A DNA stretch of 51,652 nucleotides. Source: Halodesulfurarchaeum sp. (lineage in GTDB: Archaea; Halobacteriota; Halobacteria; Halobacteriales; Halobacteriaceae). Positions within the stretch are counted from its first letter, which is position 1; each line of letters opens with the position of its first letter. Of this stretch, positions 9,096-18,155 are shown one piece after another. The notes under the pieces are model-generated. The model did no database searches, had not been told where the DNA came from, and was given only the letters and a program-made list of their open reading frames with translations. A program made the translations under genes and the position numbers. The stretch is from the NCBI GenBank assembly GCA_042216015.1, contig JBDGUI010000032.1, positions 1-51,652 on the forward strand, given 5' to 3'.

Positions 9096-11519
9096 TTACG
9101 GATCGTAGTCGCTTCCCGCGACCTCCCGGATCCGCTCGGCGGTCACTTCGCCGACGCCGTCGACCTCCTCGAGGGTTTCAGCGTCGGCCGTGAGGACCCT
9201 TTCCACACTCCCCAGCGCCTCGAGGAGCGATCGGGCGGTGACGGGGCCGATGTCGGCGATGGCGCTGATGACGTACTCCTGCTGTTCGGTGAGTGTCTTC
9301 GCGGCCGACTCGCCGTGGACGCTCACCTCGCGGTCCCGGTCCTCCTGCTCCCGTCTGGCGATGGTTTCGAGGAGGGCGGCGGTGTCGTCCTCTTCCCGGG
9401 TAAAGAGGACCGAGATGCCGAAATCGACCGCGAGACTGGCCAGCGCGCCCCGGATGGCGTTCGGGTGGACGTTCCGCTCCCCGTAGAGGTCCCCCTCGCC
9501 CTCGACGAGAAGGACGGGCCGAGCGTAGTGTCGGCTCAGGTTCCCGGCCTGCTCGAAGAGCGCCCGGTCCCCGCCGTCCAGCAGGGTCGAGAGGAAATCG
9601 GAGATGGACTTCCGCTCGACGGCAACCCGATCCGAGAGCACGTAGTCCCCGACCTCGAGGGTCTCCAGTCGCGTCGTTACTCCGTCGACTTTCGAGAGTT
9701 TCCGGGCGATGTGAGCGTCGAGTTCCCGCTGGTCGATCACGATCTCGACGTGGTCCTCGGCCCCCGCCTCGGCGAGGACTTCCTCGGATGACGCCTCCCT
9801 CTCGTCGGCCGCTCGATCCCTGTCGTCGCCCCCACCGTCCCCCGAAGCGAAGTCCCCGATGTCTGACTGGCCGTCACCGCCTCCGTCGGCGGAACGGGCG
9901 GCATCGGACCCGGATCCCGAATCCGATCCGGCCGCGAAGGCCTCGAGATCCGCCTGCCCGCCGAATTCCGCCTCGAGATCCGGCGCGACCTCTCTGAGCG
10001 CCTCGAGTTCCGCGGCCATCTCCTTCTCGCGGCGCCTCGAGATCCAGTAGTAGGCCTCATCGCGGGTGTCCTCGGCCATGAGGACGACGACCTTCCCCTC
10101 GGTCTGCCGGCCGGTTCGGCCCTTGCGCTGGATCGAGCGGATGGCGTTTGGTACGGGCTCGAAGAAGCAAACGAGGTCGACCTCGGGAACGTCGAGGCCC
10201 TCCTCTGCGACCGAGGTCGAGACGAGGACCTCGAACTCACCCGCGCGGAAGTCCTCGAGGACGGCGGTCTGCTCGGTCTGGGTCATCCCCGAGGACCCCT
10301 CCTTGTCCCCCTGGCCGACGAACCGCCTGACCTCGAATCCCTCCGAGAGGAACTCGGTCAGAGCCTCGGCGGTGTCCCGGGACTCGGTGAAGACGATCAC
10401 CCGCTCGCCGTCCTTGATTCCCAGGGTCTCCGCGAGGAGGATTCTGACCTGCCGGAACTTCGGATGGAGATCCTCGAAGGTTCGGGCCTGCTCCATCGCC
10501 CGGCGGACCTCCGGGTCCGAGACGAAGCGCTGGCTCGCCTTCGAGGCCCCCGAGGAGCGGGCGGCGTTCTTTTGGCGCTCGAAGTACCGATCGAGGGCGT
10601 CAACGCTCTGGGTCTCGACCAGCTCGACCGCCCGCTTTACCTTCATGATCTCGGCGTGGATGGACATTCCCTCGTAGCCCGCCGGGTCGTCCCGATCGAT
10701 CAGCCGCTGGAGCTTCGAGCGTATCTGCTGGAGGTCGCCCTGGGATATTTCGGGGTCAGTGGAGGTGGTCACACCCAGGTCGGCGAGTTTCTCGAGCCGA
10801 TCGGACAGGACCCCCTGCAGTCGGTCACGAATCTCCAGTACCTCCTCCGGGAGTTCGACCCGGACCCACTCGACGTCGGTCCCGTAGGTGTACTCCGCGA
10901 CGTCCGGATCCGACTCGGTCTTCACCGCGACCTGCTCCAGCCCGAGGTTCGCCATCACCGTCCGGATGGCCTCCTCGTCGTCGCCGGGCGAGGCGCTCAT
11001 CCCGGTCACGAGCGGGTCGGTGGCGGCCTCGTGGTAGCGCCCGGCGATGTAGGCGTAGGGGTACTCCCCGGTCGCGCGGTGGCACTCGTCGAACGTGAGG
11101 TGGACGACGGGTGCGAGGTCGATGCGGTTCCCAAGGAGGTCGTTCTCGATCACCTGGGGCGTGGCGACGATCACCCGGGCGGATTCGAAGCGTTCGGCGC
11201 GGTCCTCGGGTCGGGTTTCCCCGGTGAACACGACCACGTCCTCGTCGGGAATCGCGAGCGCCTCGCGGTAGAAGCCCGCGTGTTGCTCGACGAGGGGCTT
11301 GGTCGGGGCGAGGAGCATCGCCATCGCGTCGGGATCGTCCGTCAGCCGGTCGGCGGTCACCCGAAGGCTCACCGCCGTCTTCCCGAGTCCGGTGGGGAGT
11401 GAGACCAGCGTGTGGCCCTGCCGCGCCTTCTCGACCAGATCGGTCTGGTAGGGCCGGGCCTCGATGGCGCCCGGTTCGATCAGGGGGTGATCCACGCTGT
11501 CCGCCGTGCCGTCCTGCAT
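9096..11519 (-). CDS. hef: Hef helicase-nuclease (FANCM/XPF-like; SF2 helicase plus ERCC4 nuclease)
   Basis: LPTGLGKT, DECH, SASPG, QRKGRTGR; GDYVLSDRVAVERKS; C-terminal HhH2. Confidence 0.93.
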   Translation of the reverse strand: MQDGTADSVDHPLIEPGAIEARPYQTDLVEKARQGHTLVSLPTGLGKTAVSLRVTADRLTDDPDAMAMLLAPTKPLVEQHAGFYREALAIPDEDVVVFTGETRPEDRAERFESARVIVATPQVIENDLLGNRIDLAPVVHLTFDECHRATGEYPYAYIAGRYHEAATDPLVTGMSASPGDDEEAIRTVMANLGLEQVAVKTESDPDVAEYTYGTDVEWVRVELPEEVLEIRDRLQGVLSDRLEKLADLGVTTSTDPEISQGDLQQIRSKLQRLIDRDDPAGYEGMSIHAEIMKVKRAVELVETQSVDALDRYFERQKNAARSSGASKASQRFVSDPEVRRAMEQARTFEDLHPKFRQVRILLAETLGIKDGERVIVFTESRDTAEALTEFLSEGFEVRRFVGQGDKEGSSGMTQTEQTAVLEDFRAGEFEVLVSTSVAEEGLDVPEVDLVCFFEPVPNAIRSIQRKGRTGRQTEGKVVVLMAEDTRDEAYYWISRRREKEMAAELEALREVAPDLEAEFGGQADLEAFAAGSDSGSGSDAARSADGGGDGQSDIGDFASGDGGGDDRDRAADEREASSEEVLAEAGAEDHVEIVIDQRELDAHIARKLSKVDGVTTRLETLEVGDYVLSDRVAVERKSISDFLSTLLDGGDRALFEQAGNLSRHYARPVLLVEGEGDLYGERNVHPNAIRGALASLAVDFGISVLFTREEDDTAALLETIARREQEDRDREVSVHGESAAKTLTEQQEYVISAIADIGPVTARSLLEALGSVERVLTADAETLEEVDGVGEVTAERIREVAGSDYDP

Positions 11520-11564
11520 TCGGCTGGGAGTTGTTCGCTCTGGCGGTTAAGGGTTCGTGTCCAC

Positions 11565-12125
11565 TCAGACCAGGACGAATCCGATCTGCATCGCCGTCGC
11601 GGCCCCGATCGGGATGGTGAGATTGTCGTCGATCACGTACCCGGCGATCGTGGGCTTCACGCCGTCGGCCACTGTGGCCGCCGTGGCCCCCAGCACCGCC
11701 GGGATCGTCGGGACGAACAGGAGCCCCGCAATCGCGAGGCTGAGGCCGAACGTGACGAGCAACACGTAGCCCCGTTTGACCTCGAGGCTTTTTCTCGAGA
11801 GCATTCCGCTCACCGGATCGGCGATGGTGAGCATGAGCAGGGCCGGGACGGCCACCCGGGGATCGAACGCCAGGACCGTCACCGTCGCCCCGACGAGCGC
11901 GATGGCGTAGCCCGCGGGCCAGTGGGCCTCGTACTCCCTGGTGAACCGCCGGTAGACCCACCAGTCGAGGCGACCGGAGAGCCGTAACCCCTCGAGCACG
12001 GCCGCGACACTCATGGCGAGCAGGACGAGCCCAGTCACCTGCGGCCAGGTGATGAGCTCCATCACGTAGGCGATCGGGACCAGGCTGCCACTCGCGTGCA
12101 CCAGCCGACGGCCGGGTTCGCTCAC
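11565..12125 (-). CDS. Dolichol kinase / CTP_transf_1-like membrane protein
   Basis: GRRLVHASG, TREYE, IADPVSG, IDDNLTIP; coupled to glyS. Confidence 0.82.
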   Translation of the reverse strand: MSEPGRRLVHASGSLVPIAYVMELITWPQVTGLVLLAMSVAAVLEGLRLSGRLDWWVYRRFTREYEAHWPAGYAIALVGATVTVLAFDPRVAVPALLMLTIADPVSGMLSRKSLEVKRGYVLLVTFGLSLAIAGLLFVPTIPAVLGATAATVADGVKPTIAGYVIDDNLTIPIGAATAMQIGFVLV

Positions 12126-13861
12126 AGCTGCTCGAAGGGGATCTCGCCGTCCCGGAGGGCAGCGAGCGTCTCGGGCAGGTCCTCGATCGCCACGCGGACC
12201 TGCTCGGTCGTGTCCCGGTCCCGGACCGTGACCGTCCCGGTCTCGAGGCTCTCGTAGTCGACGGTGACACAGTATGGAGTCCCGATCTCGTCCTGGCGGC
12301 GGTAGCGCCGGCCGATCGCGCCCGAGTCGTCGTAGGTGACCGAGAGCCCCGCCTCGCGCAGGTCGGCCTCGAGGTCACGGGCCTTTTCGCCCAGGCCGTC
12401 CCGGTCCATGAGCGGGAAGACGCCCACGAGGGTGGGCGCCATTTCGGGCGGCAACCGGAGTACGGTCCGCTCCTCGCCGTCGATTTCGTCCTCGTCGTAG
12501 GCGTGGACCAGGACCGCGTAGACCGCCCGGTCGATGCCCATCGAGGGCTCGATCACGTGCGGGGTGACGTGCTCGCCGCGCTCGGTGACCTCCTCGACCG
12601 CGAAGCCGGTCTGCTCGACCGGGATCTCGACGGTCTCGCCCTCGAGGTCGACGCTGACGCTCTCGCCCTCGAAGGCCCCGGGGTCGGTCTCGGCCCGCTC
12701 CTCGAGGGCTGCGACGATGTCCGCGGCCTCCGAGCCGAACTCGGGACCGAGGGCGGCCATGTCCGGATCGACGGTGGTCCGGTCGACGGTCCGTGGCTCG
12801 TCGTACTCCACAAACACCTGATAGCGTTCGCCGGTGTGGGTCTCGTGGTGGCTCAGGTCGTAGGTGCCCCGGTTGGCGATTCCCGCGAGTTCGATCCACT
12901 CCGGCTCCTCGTCCGGCCCGCTCACGTCGGCCTCGGCGTCCCAGCAGGCCCGGGCGTAGTGCGCCCGCTCGGCCGGCTGGTGCTGTCTGAACCGCAGCCG
13001 ATCGAGGTCGACGCCGATCCGGTCGTACCACTCCGTGGCGATTCCGACGTAATACCCGACCCACGCGTCCGCGATGGGCCCTGCCGAAATGGCCTCGCCG
13101 ATCGACTGAAAGCTCGGCTCGGCTCCGGCCTGTTGGGCCTCGGCGCTGTAGAGTGGCGCCTCGACCTCGGCCACGCGCTCGAGGTCGGGTTCGTCAGTCT
13201 CCGGATCGAAGAAGAGTTCGAGTTCGGCCTGGCTGAACTCCCGGGTCCGGACGATGGCGTTTCGCGGGCTGATCTCGTTGCGGTAGGCCCGGCCGATCTG
13301 GGCGACGCCGAAGGGCAACTCGCCGCGGGCGTACTCGCGGAGCCGGGGGAAGTCCACGAAGATGCCCTGGGCGGTCTCCGGGCGGAGGTAGCCCCGGTTG
13401 CTCGACCCGGGCCCGATCGCCGTCTCGAACATCAGGTTGAACTCCTCGACGGGCTCCTCGGCGAGGGCCGCGCCACAGCTCGGGCAGGTAATTCCATGCT
13501 CGGCGAGCAGATCCTCGATCTCCGCGGGCGAGAAGGTCTCGGCCTCGGTGATCTCGGTCTGACCTTCGACGAGGTGATCGGCCCGATGGCTCCCCTCGCA
13601 CTCGGGACATTCGACGAGCAGGTCGTCGAAGCCGTCGAGATGGCCCGAGGCCTCGAAGACCGCCTCTGGAAGGATCGTCGGCGCGTCGATCTCGTGGTGG
13701 CCCTCCCGGGTGGCCCAGCGCTCCCGCCAGCTCGCCTCGACCTTGGCCTTGAGCGTCGCACCGTGTGGACCGTAGGTGTAAAAGCCCGAGACGCCGCCGT
13801 AGGCCGAGCCGGTCTGGAAGAAATACCCGCGCCGCTTCGCCAGTTCGGTTAACTCCCTCAT
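12122..13861 (-). CDS. glyS: Glycine--tRNA ligase (alpha2 type)
   Basis: LRPETAQGIF, RNEISPR, REFSQAE, HVIEPSMGIDR, GAIGRRYRRQDEIG. Confidence 0.96.
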   Translation of the reverse strand: MRELTELAKRRGYFFQTGSAYGGVSGFYTYGPHGATLKAKVEASWRERWATREGHHEIDAPTILPEAVFEASGHLDGFDDLLVECPECEGSHRADHLVEGQTEITEAETFSPAEIEDLLAEHGITCPSCGAALAEEPVEEFNLMFETAIGPGSSNRGYLRPETAQGIFVDFPRLREYARGELPFGVAQIGRAYRNEISPRNAIVRTREFSQAELELFFDPETDEPDLERVAEVEAPLYSAEAQQAGAEPSFQSIGEAISAGPIADAWVGYYVGIATEWYDRIGVDLDRLRFRQHQPAERAHYARACWDAEADVSGPDEEPEWIELAGIANRGTYDLSHHETHTGERYQVFVEYDEPRTVDRTTVDPDMAALGPEFGSEAADIVAALEERAETDPGAFEGESVSVDLEGETVEIPVEQTGFAVEEVTERGEHVTPHVIEPSMGIDRAVYAVLVHAYDEDEIDGEERTVLRLPPEMAPTLVGVFPLMDRDGLGEKARDLEADLREAGLSVTYDDSGAIGRRYRRQDEIGTPYCVTVDYESLETGTVTVRDRDTTEQVRVAIEDLPETLAALRDGEIPFEQL

Positions 13862-14706
13862 AGCCCCCGGAGCAGGTCGACGTCCCGGACGATGCCGCTC
13901 AGTTCGTCACCTTGCTTCAGTGGCACTTGCTCGATGTCGTTGTCGAGGAGGAGCCCGGCGACCTCGCTTGCAGTCCGACCCCCGGTAACGGTCACGAGGG
14001 AACTGGACATGTACTCCCGGACCGGCTCGTTGGGGAACTCGACGTCCCGCGTGGGGAGATAGCGGTTGCCCACGGCCTTGATCCCCTCCCACATCCACTC
14101 GTCGTCCTGGTTGGCGATGCTCTCGCCGGTGGCGTCCTCGCCCTCGACGACCCTCGCGACGTCGATGATGTCGACCTCGGTGATGATGCCGGTCATCTCG
14201 CCGTCGTCGTCGAGCGCGATCGCATATGGCACGTTCGCGAAGGCGATCTCCCGTTCGGCGACGGGGAGTGGGGTGCCGACGTAGACCGTGTTCACGTCGT
14301 GACTCGCGAGTTCCCCGACCTCGACGTCCCCATTGGCGTCTCCGTCGGCGATGGCGCGCACCACGTCGGTGATGGTGACCATGCCGGTTAGCCCCCCGCC
14401 ATTGACGACCGGAATGCGCCGCTCGCCGGTCTCGACGATGAGTTCGGCCACCTCGTCGAGCGTGGCGTCACTCGAGGTCGTCGGGACGTCCTCCATGAGC
14501 AGGGCCAGCTGGTCCTCGTCCGGCCTGGCGATCAGGCTCTCGCGGGAAACGAGGCCCCGATACTGCTCGCCGTCGTCGGTTTCTTTGACGACCGGAACCG
14601 AGGAAAACGACCGCTCCTGCAGGTACTCGAGGACGTCGTCACGGGTTCCGGGGAGCGAGACCGTGACCACGTCGGCCCGGGGTGTCATCGCGTCGGCAAC
14701 CTTCAT
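13858..14706 (-). CDS. CBS domain protein
   Basis: Repeated CBS motifs (FSSVPVV, RRIPVV, IEQVPL); ATGA overlap with glyS. Confidence 0.88.
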   Translation of the reverse strand: MKVADAMTPRADVVTVSLPGTRDDVLEYLQERSFSSVPVVKETDDGEQYRGLVSRESLIARPDEDQLALLMEDVPTTSSDATLDEVAELIVETGERRIPVVNGGGLTGMVTITDVVRAIADGDANGDVEVGELASHDVNTVYVGTPLPVAEREIAFANVPYAIALDDDGEMTGIITEVDIIDVARVVEGEDATGESIANQDDEWMWEGIKAVGNRYLPTRDVEFPNEPVREYMSSSLVTVTGGRTASEVAGLLLDNDIEQVPLKQGDELSGIVRDVDLLRGL

Positions 14707-14795
14707 GTGAGCCGCTTACAGGATCCTCGCATATGTAGGCTACGACACCGACTGGTGGAAATCTGGCCCGGCAATCGTCGAATTTCGAACCGGTA

Positions 14796-14827
14796 TCTCC
14801 CCTCGGAAACCGTGTCTCCCCTCGGAA
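14796..14827. repeat. 13-bp direct repeat in the divergent CBS/dppA promoter region
   Basis: tctcccctcggaa at 14796-14808 and 14815-14827. Confidence 0.7.
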
Positions 14828-14860
14828 CGATCCCCCGGCGCGAGGCGAAATCTTACACCA

Positions 14861-14870
14861 ATTTTTATAA
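14861..14870 (+). promoter_or_regulatory. TATA box of dppA
   Basis: atttttataa ~27 nt upstream of ATG 14897 (leaderless geometry). Confidence 0.65.
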
Positions 14871-14896
14871 CGCTTCACAATATTGGTCCTGGTGGT

Positions 14897-16729
14897 ATGG
14901 CAAAAAGCCGCAAACTCAACAGGCGCCGATTTCTGGAAGCCACCGGGGCTGCCGCCCTCACCGCCAGCATGGCCGGGTGTGCCGGCGGCGGCGACGGACA
15001 ACAGACCACGACGGAAGCGGGTCCGACCGGGGAATACACGCCCTCCGATACCTACCCCTACGGGGCCAACGAGACGAACGTCGAGGAGGCCAAGGCGGTG
15101 ATGGAGGAGGCCGGGTACGGGCCGGACAACCGGTTCAAACTCGACTGGCTCCAGTACCAGAGCCCGGCCTGGAAGGAGATGGCCAATACGATTCGAGCCC
15201 GGCTCGGGTCCGCGTACATCGACATGAACATCAGCCAGGCCGACTTCGGCGCCCTTCTCAACACGACGAAGAAGGGCGATCACATGGCCTACACGCTGGG
15301 GTGGATCGCGGACTATCCCGCACCGCAGAACTTCCTCCAGCTCATCGATCCCAAAAACACGATCTACGACGCGGAGGGGTACACGCCGAACGGGGCCCGA
15401 CTGTTCTGGTCCAAGGATGCGCTCGGTGACGACCGCATCCGGAAGTACATGACCGCCCAGTTCGACCGGATCCAGAACAATCCCGAGCCGACCGACGAGG
15501 CCCAGCAGATCAGGAACGACGCGGCCGTGAAGATGGAGAAGGCCCTCTGGGATTCGGCTGGCCTGCTGCCGATCTATCACTCGGTCGACCAGCTCTTCTG
15601 GTACGACCGGGTCGATTTCGACCCGCCGGGCGGGATGGGCCCCTCGCGTGCCAAAACGAACATCTCTATCAAGGGTCTCGAGGGCAAATCCACCCTGAAC
15701 GGCATCTCGGTCACCTTCAACGCGCTCGACCCGATCGCATCCGGCAACACCGCGAGCGGAAACAAGGTGATGGACATGTTCGACGCGCCGTTGAACTACC
15801 ACAACGGCACGACGGACGTTCGCAACCTGCTCGTGACGGACTACAGCGTGAGCGAGGACGCCACCGTGTACGAGTTCACGCTCAAGGAGGGGATCCAGTT
15901 CCACGGTGACCACGGCGAGGTCACGGCCGACGACGTGGTCTATTCGTTCCGGCGACTCGTCGAATCGCCGAACTCCACGAACACCTACTTCCCGATCAGC
16001 GTTCTCAACATCGAACGCGAGGAGGACGAGAAGGGCAACGTGAAACCGGGGACGACCGGCGTCGAGAAGACCGGGGAGTACTCCTTCAAGGTCACGCTCC
16101 GAAAGCCGTTCGCATACACCCTCTCGGTGCTCGCGTACTCCGCGTTCTCGGTCGTGCCGGAGGGGATCGTCGGGGATATCCAGGGCTACGAGGGCGAGAT
16201 GACCTGGGAGGAGTTCTCCACGAATCCCGTCGGGTGTGGGCCGTTCGTGTTCGAGACCTGGGAGTCCGGTGTGGGCGGCGAGTTCGCCGCGACGAAATTC
16301 GAGGACTATCACGGGCCGGAATCGGCGGTTGAACGGGTCCACGACGCAATTATGTCCCAGCCCTCGGCCATCTACAACTACTTCATCAACGGGAACGCCG
16401 ACGTCTCGGGCATCCCGACCTCGAAGTACGATCCGGCGAAGATATCGAACGAGCGGCAGAAGGGGAGCCAGACGCTTGCGGACTACGGGCCGATCGGCGA
16501 CGGAAAGACGGTCAACATGTCGACCACCCCGTCGATCAACACCTATTTCGTCGGGTTCAACATGGAGAAGGTTCCAAAGGCCGTTCGCGAGGCGATGGCC
16601 TACGTCATCAATCACGAACAGTTCATCACGAACGTCTTCAAACAGCGGGGGGAATCCGCGTTCCACCTGACGCCACCGCAGGCCTACCCGGGCGGAACGA
16701 GCGCGTACAACGAGTACATCCCCAAGTGA
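14897..16729 (+). CDS. dppA: Peptide/nickel ABC transporter substrate-binding lipoprotein (SBP family 5), Tat-exported, apparently circularly permuted
   Basis: Tat motif NRRRFLE plus lipobox MAGC; family-5 motifs (ALDP, YEFTLKEGIQFHG, VTADDVVYSF, PVGCGPFVF) present but located in the second part of the chain. Confidence 0.9.
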   Translation: MAKSRKLNRRRFLEATGAAALTASMAGCAGGGDGQQTTTEAGPTGEYTPSDTYPYGANETNVEEAKAVMEEAGYGPDNRFKLDWLQYQSPAWKEMANTIRARLGSAYIDMNISQADFGALLNTTKKGDHMAYTLGWIADYPAPQNFLQLIDPKNTIYDAEGYTPNGARLFWSKDALGDDRIRKYMTAQFDRIQNNPEPTDEAQQIRNDAAVKMEKALWDSAGLLPIYHSVDQLFWYDRVDFDPPGGMGPSRAKTNISIKGLEGKSTLNGISVTFNALDPIASGNTASGNKVMDMFDAPLNYHNGTTDVRNLLVTDYSVSEDATVYEFTLKEGIQFHGDHGEVTADDVVYSFRRLVESPNSTNTYFPISVLNIEREEDEKGNVKPGTTGVEKTGEYSFKVTLRKPFAYTLSVLAYSAFSVVPEGIVGDIQGYEGEMTWEEFSTNPVGCGPFVFETWESGVGGEFAATKFEDYHGPESAVERVHDAIMSQPSAIYNYFINGNADVSGIPTSKYDPAKISNERQKGSQTLADYGPIGDGKTVNMSTTPSINTYFVGFNMEKVPKAVREAMAYVINHEQFITNVFKQRGESAFHLTPPQAYPGGTSAYNEYIPK

Positions 16730-17063
16730 GTCGGCTCCGTGGGTGATCCCCGAGTAAATCCTCCGTGGGTGACGGGATCTTCGGCTGATTCGCTCCGGCG
16801 GGACGTTTCATCCACGTCGCCTGCGTAATCTTCTTAACTGGTCCCAAGAAAACACCTGTATTCAATATGCGCCGGCAGGCCAGACCCGCGCCGGACGGCC
16901 GGGCAGGATCCGCCACCCGGGCGGCCCTTTTGAAGGAGGACGCCGATCACGGAGCGGAGCGGCCAGGCAATTCACCGGGTCGCATCGCCGATTTCCCCCC
17001 TCGAACGGGCAGCAATCGGTGGGGGGCTGAGAGCAGTGGAAGGGGACTATTTCGTGACCGACG

Positions 17064-18155
17064 ATGAATCGGCTGGTGTATCTCCTCAAACGACTGGCAC
17101 TTGGGGTCCCGGTGATGCTGTTCGGGCTCACCATGGCCTTCATGGTCATGTATCTGGGTCCGATCGATCCGGTGTTGACCATTCTGGGCCGGGACGCCGA
17201 ACCGATGGCGGCCCACCAATTGCGCATCCAGCTGGGGATCATCTACCCGGACGGAACGCCGGTTCCGCTGTGGGACCAGTACCGGATGGTGCTCACCGAT
17301 CTCATCACGTTCAACTTCGGCCAATCCTGGACGATCCAGCGGGGCACTCCGGTCGGTGAACTCATCGTGGCCCGGATGCCCGCGACCGTCTGGATGGGGT
17401 TCTGGTCGGTCGCCATCGCGCTTCTCCTCGGGATTCCCATCGGGCTGTTCGCCGGGCTCCGGGCGAACACCTGGTCTGATTACTTCTCCTCCGGGTTCGG
17501 AATCATCTGGCGGGCCATGCCGAACTTCTGGCTCGCCGTGATGATCGCCGGCTTGCTGTCCTCGGGGGGCGCGCTTGACTTCTATCGGGGATGGTGGATC
17601 ACGACCGACGTGATCGGCACGCCGGACGAACTGTATCACCTCTTCACGGGGCTCCACGTGTTCGAGGGGATTCCGCTCCTCGAGGTGGTCTGGATCCCCG
17701 TTCCGAACGTGGGCTCGATATTGACCGCCTTCAAGTGGATCCTTCCGGCCGCCCTGGTTCTCGGCTCGGCGTCGATGGGGAACGAGATTCGAATCGGCCG
17801 AACGGCGGTTCTCGAGAGCATCCATTCGAAGTACGTGGAAACCGCCCGGGCCAAGGGCCTCTCGGAGCGACGGATCATCGCGAAGCACGTGGGTCGAAAC
17901 GCGGTAGTCCCGCTCCTGCCCGTCATCATGGGCGAGTTCTACCTGTTGATCGGCGGGTCGGTCCTCGTGGAGCGGGTGTTCTCGATCAACGGGCTTGGAA
18001 ACCTGTTCTTCCGGGCGGTTCTGGGACCTGACATTCCGATGGTGATGGCCCTCGTGTTCTTCTTCATCATCTTCCAGATCCTGTTCAACATCACCCAGGA
18101 CCTGTTGTACACCTTCATCGATCCACGCATCACGCTGGAGGGTGCTGAGCGGTGA
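17064..18155 (+). CDS. dppB: Peptide ABC transporter permease
   Basis: NFGQSW, RMPATV, PNFWLA, YVETARAKGLSERRIIAKH, VERVFSINGLG. Confidence 0.92.
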   Translation: MNRLVYLLKRLALGVPVMLFGLTMAFMVMYLGPIDPVLTILGRDAEPMAAHQLRIQLGIIYPDGTPVPLWDQYRMVLTDLITFNFGQSWTIQRGTPVGELIVARMPATVWMGFWSVAIALLLGIPIGLFAGLRANTWSDYFSSGFGIIWRAMPNFWLAVMIAGLLSSGGALDFYRGWWITTDVIGTPDELYHLFTGLHVFEGIPLLEVVWIPVPNVGSILTAFKWILPAALVLGSASMGNEIRIGRTAVLESIHSKYVETARAKGLSERRIIAKHVGRNAVVPLLPVIMGEFYLLIGGSVLVERVFSINGLGNLFFRAVLGPDIPMVMALVFFFIIFQILFNITQDLLYTFIDPRITLEGAER

